Shown here piece after piece: positions 54,729 to 64,000 of a stretch of 64,000 nucleotides of DNA. The stretch lies in NCBI GenBank assembly GCA_026023565.1, contig JAPETS010000008.1, positions 434,001 through 498,000 on the forward strand. Direction: 5' to 3'. The notes under the pieces are model-generated. The model was not told the origin of the DNA. It did no database searches and worked only from the letters and a program-made list of their open reading frames with translations. Made by a program: the position numbers and the translations under genes. Source of the stretch: Cirrosporium novae-zelandiae (taxonomy: Eukaryota). Position 1 is the stretch's first letter. Every line of letters begins with the position of its first letter.

Positions 54729-56845
54729 TGAAAAAATCACAGTCGCACTGAAAGCCTCCACGAAAAGAAAATATTGGGTGATGAGAGAAAAAATAAACCC
54801 CACCGCATGCGTGTTTCTCTAAACGCTAATTAGCTTAGAAGAAATATGGCTCGAGATTAGCTGTTGATATCGTTAAGCCAATATATGAAAATATTCGAAT
54901 TTTTATTGGCTTTTTGCAAGTACCACATTTATACTTGACATGAATAAGTACTCGCTTCACCTGTTGGTGTTCTCCATGGGAAATCTACAACCAGAACAGC
55001 TATATCTATTACAGGAACGACTTCCTGAACATGACTAATTATTCTTTATTTTTCTCGTTGCTTTTATTTGCATCCATGTCTAAAATGAAACCAAGCCAAC
55101 TTAAGAGTAGGATTCATCCGTTTGAAACTACGGGACTTATGTCTCTGCTGTTTGCACTCGACTGATGTTGACAGATGACTATCAAACTTTCCTGAAGAAC
55201 AGAGATGGCTGTCGGGTGGGAAATTGTACCGATTTAAGGCTACAAAAGTTGATTGGGTCTTTGGACACAGCATGAAACATACTATACTCGTGCCACCTAT
55301 CGTGTTACCCATCGCACGCATCGTCTCTCACTGGCTCACAGCAGAAGAAGTTTAGAAGACAAAAAAGATCAAAGAAACTAGGCAACTAAAGAATCGTCTG
55401 TCCTCGGTACCTTCCTACGATTCGAGCTCCTGCTGGATCAAGAAGGTCAAATGGCACAGTATTACACCCGAGATGCAGCATCCCTCAGGATGGATGTTTG
55501 TAGGAGGTGATCCAACCATTTTGCAACAAGTACCGTGTTCCTATGTATATGCAAACCCTAGCTATCAGGCAATAGTTCTGTGAACATAACGACACCGACC
55601 AAAGGAGAGTTGCTGCACGTACCAGCCTTGGAAGAAGGACTGGAGATGGATGCTTGATGGTAAGGACGAGGGAACGTGGATTCAGGACACCATCGACCGG
55701 TCGGAACTTTGGATGCCAATATGATGCAAACGGCCCTGCACCAACAATTACCATTCACGGTATCTCGAATCTTAACCAGAGAAATTGATTTTTGGGGCTT
55801 TAGAAAACTCTTAACCGTCTGATGGATGAAGAAGAAGAAGAAGAAGCTACAGTTGATGGTGATACATCTTGTGGGCTATGTTTTATATTATTTTTGCGAA
55901 ACCAAGCATATTGATTGGAAAGTTGTGAGACATTGCTTCTTCCTAGTGGTTTTGTTTGATTATAAGGATTTGTTTCTTGATTTGATAGGGCTGTATAGAG
56001 CTGTACAGCCAGATTGTAGATTTTAGGTGTTTTTGAGTATGTGCTAAACGTTGGAATAGGCGGGAAGTAACTAAAAGAGTTGAGATTTGGGGCCGGTATC
56101 TCCGGTTGTTTAGGTCTTTACGACTTTGATAGCTTTGCCTCAATCTGCCACTTTTCAAGTAGGAATCTTGATTTGTTGCTGATCTTCTTCTCCGCCCATT
56201 AACTATCTAGGTATCTTCCGCATAAGCTTAGTTACCCAAACGGAACCCAATCAACCGCCCCCCCGACCCCCGAACCCCCCCAAGAACTTTCCCCTATTGC
56301 ATACCCCTCGGACGGGCTCTAAACAACCCCCAAGACATTTCCGATACCTCAGCGTCCTCAGGTCATCCCCGACATGCCCGCCTATCAACCCCATCCACAA
56401 TCCCCCGACTCTCAAAAAAACTGTCTCTAAAAAGTATATCAATTCATCTCATACCCCCCCCCAAAAGGATACCCCTCACCCGAAGCTCTGCAGCCAGCAT
56501 TTACCACAGAACCATTGAGGGGTCTGTGATTAAAGCACCGTGAGCACCTAAGTCAACGCCTGTTCCTAAAGCCTCCTATCGCGGTCTAGGTACCCTCTTA
56601 CCTGTCCCCGTATGGGCTAGTTGGTGACCTACACACTCGTGCTATTCCTTCCATCAATTATCATCATTTCTTCTGCCTTTAACAACCCTCCAATTTCAAA
56701 CAATCTCCTCTCTGCAAGTCGTCTCGTTTCCTACAGCCTCTTATCTTTAACCTTACTGTCGCCAGTAAGCGCTCTTTACTCCACTCCATCTATTTTGTGC
56801 ACATCGTCTACCGGTACCGATGCCTGAAAGGCTGAAAAGATTCGC

Positions 56846-59475
56846 ATGGACATTAAGATTCCTTCACCGTCCGCGTTCCTGAGCTCCTCCGTCATTGTCG
56901 AAGAGCCAACCCCAACCCCGCTTTCAACCACGGCAAAATCACTTCCAAAAAGGTCAAGGCCGCCTACAAAACCCACAGCAAAGAGGCCTACAGATGGAAA
57001 TCCTGCATCTGCTGTTCAAAAACCAAAGCAGTCAAAAAGTCGCAATGGTATGGGCACCCCACAGATCTTGCTCAGTTGTTCTTATCGCAACACGTTGATA
57101 AGGATGTTATCCGAACCCACTCTAGACGAGGTCCAGATCAACCATCAAAAACTATGCTGACGAATCTAAATTTGTAGGCTGCGTTACATGCAAAACAAAA
57201 CGGCTGAAATGTGATGAAACAAAACCTACCTGTCAGCAATGTCAAAAACGCAAGGTCGCTTGTGGAGGCTACAAAAAAGATTTCAAATGGCGGTCTTTCG
57301 AAGAAGCTTCCTTCACAAACAAGCCTACCATCACCAAGCCCAAGAGAGGCTCTCTGTGCGTCCCCACCGATGATAACGGAAAGCATTGCCAGGGCCAGGT
57401 TTCTAGTCCTTCGCCCTCCGATGCTTCTCATTCCACTGCCGGCAAGGTTGATGTGCCTCCCACTCAGAATCATATAGTCAGGCCTCTAGATGAATCTTCT
57501 CCCATCAATTCTTCTTCAACCTTTTCACAAATTCCACCTAACCACGGCACGTTTATTCCTGAAATGTCTCATTTTGTAGATGGTCATGACCAGGCTCCCA
57601 TGTTTTCACCTTTTTTCATGGACAATACGTTACCTCAGGGACTAGGTTATATTAACAACATGTTTGATGATAATGCAGGGCTTCCACCTACTTTTACACG
57701 ATCGTCAAGCTTGTCGCAAGAAGAATCACCTCAACAATTTGATCTAATGTTCTCTAATGCAGGGCTAGATGTGTACCCCGCAGATTTTGTAGAGTTACAT
57801 CAGACTCAGTCTGGTCTTTCTTATCATCCGTCCGAAACATTTCTACCACAGTCGGCCTTGATAGATCAAACAGATGATATCGAGGAAATCATCCGACAGC
57901 CGCCGGATCCGAGAACAGAAACCTGGGAGATGCGCTTTCCCTCGCCGGCATCTTCGGCTTCAAGTCCCTCCAGTGATGGCACAATTTCTAAAATTTTCCT
58001 CCAGCCCATGTTTCAAATCGGGAGTCCCGAAATGCTGATGTCTCACTTCGATAGACAAACTTGCGGTATCTTATCAGTTAAAGACGGGCCATCAGAGAAC
58101 CCATGGCGGACATTGATTTGGCCGTTAGCAAACGATTGTGCTCCGTTACGATATGCAATGTATTCCATGGCCGCATTTCATGCGTCCAAAGAAGTACCGA
58201 GACTGAGGGTAGAAGGGATTAAATATACGAATAGTAGCGTTGGGTCCTTGTGCAATGATCTTCAGCGTATGAGTTTGATGGATACCCTTGCAACGACACT
58301 CGTTCTTGCCTTTGCTGAATCATGGGACCAACAAACATCGGCGGGGACTCAGCATCTGCGTGCCGCAAAGGAATTAGTTATTAAGATCCTCAAGGAACAC
58401 CGCCAGCAGCCCTATATTGATGGGAAATTGGCACGGTCCAGATTTCTTTGCAATACATGGGTATATTTGGACGTTATCGCTCGACTGACTTCCGTATCTG
58501 ATGATGATTTCAATGATTTCGAGGCCGCTTTGTTCCCTGTTACTGGACCCTGTACGGGTTTGCAAGAGATTGATCCCTTAATGGGATGCGCAAGTACACT
58601 ATTTCCCATGATTGGTCGCGTGGCAAATCTTGTGCATCGTGTGCGCAGGGTTCCATGTAATTCTCCTGCAATTATTTCCCAAGCATCAGAGCTAAAAAGA
58701 GCCATTGAGGAATGGCAAGTTCCTCCAAATGCTGCGTTTGAACCAGCAGAAGATCCATCCTGTGAAATTGAGCATAGTCGACAGACTGCGGAAGCATACC
58801 GATGGGCAACCTTGCTTTACCTGCATCAGGCCGTACCTGAAATCCCTTCTAGAAGTGCTTCCGAACTTGCCAAAAAGGTTTTATGTCTCCTTGCAACTAT
58901 TCCCTTGAATTCTCGCACTATTATTGTACAAATATATCCATTGCTTGCTGCGGGCTGTGAAGCCGTGAACGAAGAAGATCGAGAATGGGTGCACAATCGA
59001 TGGCAATCAATGACGTCAAGGATGGCAATTGGTAATCTTGATCGATGTATTGAAGTAGTTAAAGAAGTTTGGAATCGACGGGATGCTTTTGCAACCGAGG
59101 TGGAAATGGAGCAACAAAGACGGTTAAATGGCAAGATGCCTGCTGGATTCGCTCCTAACATAAGTCCTATGAAGAGGAAATTCCACGGTTCTGGAAATAA
59201 TGGCATGGAGAGCATGTTTGGTTGGTCTGACCCGTTTTCTGGGCCAAAGAGAAGGTCAATATCGATGGGAGATGGAGGCAGTTGCGCATCTGTACCAGTT
59301 CCTCAATCTAGAAAAAAGTCTGCGGATGGGTTAGAGAGTCTGGAGCATGAGAAGACGGTACGCGGTCGTTTGCATTGGCAGGGCGTTATGAGCGACTGGA
59401 ATTGGGAAGGCAAGTTATATCTCTCCCAGCATATATTTCGTATTTACTAATTGTCGAATAGTCCTTTTAGGTTAA
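56846..59475 (+). CDS. Zn(II)2Cys6 transcription factor with fungal_trans_2-type domain (Acr-2-like); introns 57048-57177 and 59410-59461 (GC-AG)
   Basis: KSRN|GCVTCKTKRLKCDETKPTCQQCQKRKVACGGY, SVKDGPSENPWR, IDPLMG, AEAYRWATLLYLHQ, and C-terminus WNWE|VLLG*. Confidence 0.9.
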
Positions 59476-60799
59476 TAACTGACGACTTTAGGGGATTACT
59501 GGTAGAATTTTCGGTTTTGCTACACTTGAGCGATCGGTGTTTTCGGATCTGGGGTAATGGTGATGATATATTGAATACGTTCGTTAAGCTCATAATAAGG
59601 AATTTTGGAATGGCATCTGAACAGGCTGAGGGAAGAGAATGGACGTTCAATGGTTCTAGAAATCTTTACTGGTTGTACTGATATGATAAGTTGAAATGCC
59701 CTGCTTTGGAGAGTGGGATGCGGCGAGGGCCGCTGTGTTCTTAGGTGTCTCTTAAGAAGTACCTTCGAATGAAAAGGAATATTTAACAATGTGTCTATAC
59801 CTCTTCTAGAAGACTTGCTTTCTGACCTGTGATACTCTCAATGATATTAAATTTGCGTAAGGCAGGATTAATTTTGGCTTTGTCCTACGACTTGTACGAG
59901 AATCGATGGTTGACAATGAATCCTAATGCTAAGCAATGAAACACAATGCCTCTTCGGAGGACGCTTTGTTGTCAGTTAGGGCCCGCAGAACCGAGAGAGG
60001 GAAGAAGCTGACCCATTCAGCAGTAGATATTGCGTCGTACTCAGCCTTGTTGGAATGACCAGCCTCGATCTGAGACTATCGAGGAACGTTTGGCCTGGTT
60101 CAGGATGATGACACAAATACAAGACAAGAGAAAGAGTTATCGCTATCTTATCAGGGCGAAAGCTTAACAGTCGAGGGACTTTCTAGCTGAAAATGGCAGT
60201 CCAGTCCCCTCCCTGGACCCCAAGGACCACCGATGTTTAGTTTCAGATTCTCCTCGACCATTAACAAATATCCTTGAATGACTTTTATTCCCAACAACAC
60301 TGTGTGGGGTCGTTATCGTTTTCATCCAGTCAACATTCAAACAGCCATCAGGCCAAGGAAACGTTTGGCTGAATTTTACTTGCTTCAATAAGCTTCAGCT
60401 TACCTCACTTCGACAAGATGCGGATCACCTACAATTCAAGAAACATAATGACGGAACAAAAAGTATACAATGTTAATATTACCATATCTGGATGTGAATT
60501 GTCTGCAGCACTTTGTCAGCGGAGTCCATGAGCCAAGCGGGGCTTGATGGCCCGCTGCAGGAAATATTATATATTTAAAGCTCTTTTCTGCAAGCTCCTT
60601 GTCTGCAGTAACACTTTTCCAGATAGCAATTCCCATTTGACCAGTTAGACTAAGTTGATTCTTCGTGTTATCAGTTCCACCAGCATCTTATATATTAAAG
60701 GTATGTTTGTTCCCTTATACTTTCCGTACAGCCTCCAGCATACTTCCACTGACTGAAACCGCTTTCAACCATCTGAATAATATATAACTCCGACTAACA

Positions 60800-61380
60800 A
60801 TGGGCTCTGCCATCAGCCACCTCAAGTCATCCAAGAAATCTTCCAAGAAATCCTCATCTCCAGAAAAAATGGCAGCTCCAGTGGCATTCAACTATTACGA
60901 GCAGGCACAGAAGAACTTCAAGCCTCCCTGCATTGCGAATGGAAACGCGTTTTTGGGTGACGTATACTCGAGGTACGTATCCCTGTGTTTTTCTGTCGTA
61001 CAATTCATCTCATATTTCTGCCATTCAATATGCTGACCTCATATGCGGTATCAATTAGCGACAAGGTCGATTCCAAAGCTCCAGTTACATGTGGCTTCTA
61101 CAGACAAGAATCTGGCACCCCCCTTGTATACACTTATGATTATGATGAGATGAAAGTCATCCTCGAGGGAGAGATTGACATCCAAGATGAGACAGGGCAG
61201 AAGGTCCACGCCACACCTGGTGATGTCTTCTGGTTCCCCAAGGGTGCCAAGATCACATTCACAACTCCAAGTTATGGTTTGGCATTCTACGTACGTTAAT
61301 TTCTTTTGATAATCCTTCTAGGGAGAATGTAGGCTAACGTACCGTCGAAGTGCGGTTCAAGGAAGGAGGGGACTGCTTAG
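60800..61380 (+). CDS. EutQ-like / cupin_3 small cupin; introns 60973-61058 and 61291-61350; start at 60800 or 60869
   Basis: TCGFY..G..LVYTYDYDEMKVILEG..TPGDVFWFPKGAKITF cupin motifs; last exon CGSRKEGTA*. Confidence 0.88.
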
Positions 61381-61582
61381 GCCCTGTCAATGCAGAAGGA
61401 AAATAATGTTATTAGTAAAGAATTAACAATGACAAAAAATCAATACTTTCTCATAATTTCCTCTAGATCTCCCCTACTTGATCTATTTGTCTTCGTATAA
61501 AACGCAATATTTCAAGACCATATGGTTTTTATGTTATGACGTCAGACACATTAGAACAAATAGTCTATAACACTAACCTTTG

Positions 61583-61829
61583 AGTACTTTTAAAGGGTAG
61601 AAATAAAAGCGACCAGACCTAAAGATGGAATCAGAATGTGATCCTAGGGAGGCCTTTAAAAAAATCAGTTTTCAACAACAATTCGTTTTGAAGGCTTCCC
61701 CAAAGCCTTAAAGACAAATTAATTATAAATATATAAAAATTGATTTTGTTTGAAGGGCTCCTTAAGGTCACTTTTCTAGGTTCGTTTTTGGGGGTCTAGT
61801 CTCTTTCATTTCTACCCGTCGAAAGTACT
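61583..61829. mobile_element. Degenerate palindromic MITE-like / fold-back element (~250 bp)
   Basis: Left arm AGTACTTTTAAAGGGTAGAAATAAAAGCGACCAGACC matches the reverse complement of the right arm AGTACTTTCGACGGGTAGAAATGAAAGAGACTAGACC, with similarity over ~90 nt. Inner hairpin AAGGCTT..AAGCCTT. TA flanks at 61585 and 61826. No ORF. Confidence 0.7.
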
Positions 61830-63084
61830 TTATATGCCAAAAATAAATCTAGGCACAGTTAATAAAACATTTCCGAAAGATGGTTTAAAAATGGGGGATA
61901 ATATAGCATAAGTATGACGATTCTTAAGCTTCTAGCAAGCACGTGTTAGCTCAATCCTTCGCTCAATACAAGCAATTCCCTCAACACTTTATTTCAACCA
62001 TGTCTGTTTCATTATCCTCAACTCCATCTTTTTTAAAAAAAAATCACCCCTTTGTCTTAAAACATCTTAACTCGTCTAGCAATTGCGGGTACTTGCCTTG
62101 CATTGTGCCAAGTCCTCGGCTTTTCCTGCATTTCCTTACTCACACCTGGTTTATTTTTTGTTGTGAAGAAGACATAAAGGTAACAAGGGGGTTTAAACCG
62201 TTTGATATCCTAGGAAAAGAGATGCCGGCAGTTCAGCCGTACATGTTTTATCGCATATATCATTTCCAATTCTCATGATGTCTCCGCATTCAACCCCGCA
62301 GTTGAAAGTCGACCCTCGACGTTGTTATTCGACCATAGCAATTCTACATTCTTTTCCTCGGTGGAGATCGCATACACCGAGGCAAGACTCTATTTTTCTA
62401 TCCTTGAAGTCGGTGATTCGGATAAAGATTTATGCATGACATCAGTAAATCTATACCCGTGGAGAACTGTCTGAACACTGACTATACTGCACTATGTTGT
62501 TGATATTTGAACCCTCTTAATTAATTTTATTTGCTTATGTCTCTTTACGTTATCTAACTCGGACGTATTGCATACTAATCCCAAGGTCTAGAGCACCTAA
62601 TTATGCAATTTAATCTTCTACTAGGGCGGTGTGCTACGAACGAGAGATAGCAGCAAGTGATAGGGAACCCTGTAGACACTATTGCGTTCTAGGATTCTTA
62701 TTGAGTTACTCACGGTATCAAAACCTATGAAAATGCTACCTACTACCATGACTGTACCTACGATATAAGACTCATGCCCATTGGAAGTTGAAGACCGCGG
62801 GATCACTCGGTTACCCTATTTTGCCAGTATCCAAACCTAGGGATTTATGTATTATACTGAGGCACTTGCGGGGTATTATAGATGGTGGGCTGTCTGAAAA
62901 TTAAAAATTGTTTCAGTCTCCTTTCACCTTGGCCCTATTTAATGTGTATCATATTCCATTCTTTGACTTTCCCGGAACACATGGTTTCTGGAAATCGAAA
63001 CCTTTATACTTTTTCAACCCATTGCTTTTAATCTAGACACACCCACCTTACTTTTGAATTAGACACATATTTATCCTCGCGACC

Positions 63085-64000
63085 ATGGCCCCAGAAGTTG
63101 CTTCTTTAGATCTGGATGTTCCGACACCTGAAATAACAAATAGGACCGATGGCTCCCATGTTAATGGAGCACATATTAATGGAGAACATATCAATGAAGC
63201 TCATGCCAACGGCAATCCCATTTCAAACGGAAATTACTCCATCCCGGATTTGACATACTACGATACATCCAAAAAGCAAGTACGAGTCCTAACAATTGGG
63301 GCCGGTATATCCGGCATACAGATGGCATACTATCTTCAGAAGTATTCTGAGAACGTTGAGCACGTTATATATGAGAAAAATGAAGATATAGGTGGAACCT
63401 GGATTGAGAATAGGTTAGTCAGTGCAGTGAAATATATTACATATATTCTGTTATATTGACTACTTGATCCTAGATATCCTGGTTGTGCATGTGATATCCC
63501 GAGTCACGCATATACATACAATTTTGCTTTAAATGTTGGTTTCTCCTTTCATATTCGTATCCGCAATAACTCCACCCGAGCCATATCCTCGTCGATGCCT
63601 CTTGAAGAACCCCTCAGGGTACTATTCCTAGCCTTGTCAATCTCAGGAAGGAATTCAAGTCTACGTCGGTTGGCTCATTGCGGATACTTTTAGGTTTCGA
63701 AGAATTGATTTGCTAACAAAGTGCAGCCGGAATGGCCTAGGTTCTTTTCTTACGCCCCTGACATCTGGAAATATCTTGACCGAGTCTGTAATACTTTTGA
63801 CTTAAGAAAGTATATGACTTTTAATTCGGAAGTCATTGGCTGTTGGTGGATGGAAGATGAAGGGAAGTGGAAAGTGAAAATACGCCAGACAAAGTCTGGT
63901 CAATCGAGAGAATTCGAAGAGACTTGTGACCTGTTGTTGCACGGAACAGGTATATTAAATAATTTCAAATGGCCTGATATCAAAGGGTTCGAGAAGTTTA
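63085..64000 (+). CDS. FAD-dependent monooxygenase (Baeyer-Villiger/FMO-like), truncated by the window end
   Basis: IGAGISG Rossmann motif, [43 protein letters not shown]. Confidence 0.92.

Noticed and set aside
54900..56500. Possible gene remnant between TRM44 and the Zn2Cys6 gene
   Set aside because: Only short stop-interrupted frames with no identifiable family.
63535..63726. TPP riboswitch in the structured intron
   Set aside because: CTGAGA occurs only on the antisense strand and the downstream CTTGAT..GATAAT..AGCG core is missing; the host gene is unrelated to thiamine.

Overview
Genomic DNA from a filamentous ascomycete (Pezizomycotina), judged from short GT-AG introns with RCTRAY branch points and typical fungal gene families. 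It holds about 18 protein-coding loci. In order: a secreted Gly/Ser-repeat protein, a PaaI-type thioesterase, an 11-intron secreted SGNH/GDSL esterase with an in-frame stop, an SDR divergent from a bZIP-DUF3425-type regulator, a second SDR, glutamate decarboxylase, a FlbC-like C2H2 factor with about 11 kb of gene-free upstream DNA, a DUF1479/Gig2-like oxygenase, a TRI12-like MFS pump, IPI1, a roadblock/LC7 protein, a conserved hypothetical protein, an RGS-TM protein, SMC5, TRM44, an Acr-2-like Zn2Cys6 factor, an EutQ-like cupin and a truncated flavin monooxygenase. There is also a ~250-bp palindromic MITE-like element. Strongest unexplained signals: (1) about 1.9 kb upstream of the flbC-like AUG has no sense-strand AUG at all, and its last ~500 nt is an open, protein-like in-frame extension, suggesting non-AUG initiation; (2) an apparent U2-type AT-AC intron in the esterase; (3) repeated C-rich to G-rich fold-back composition switches in both genes and intergenic DNA; (4) a six-copy GTCAGAAA array in the SDR/bZIP divergent promoter. 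All family assignments come from motif recognition, and all splice models and counts were made by hand; no searches were run.
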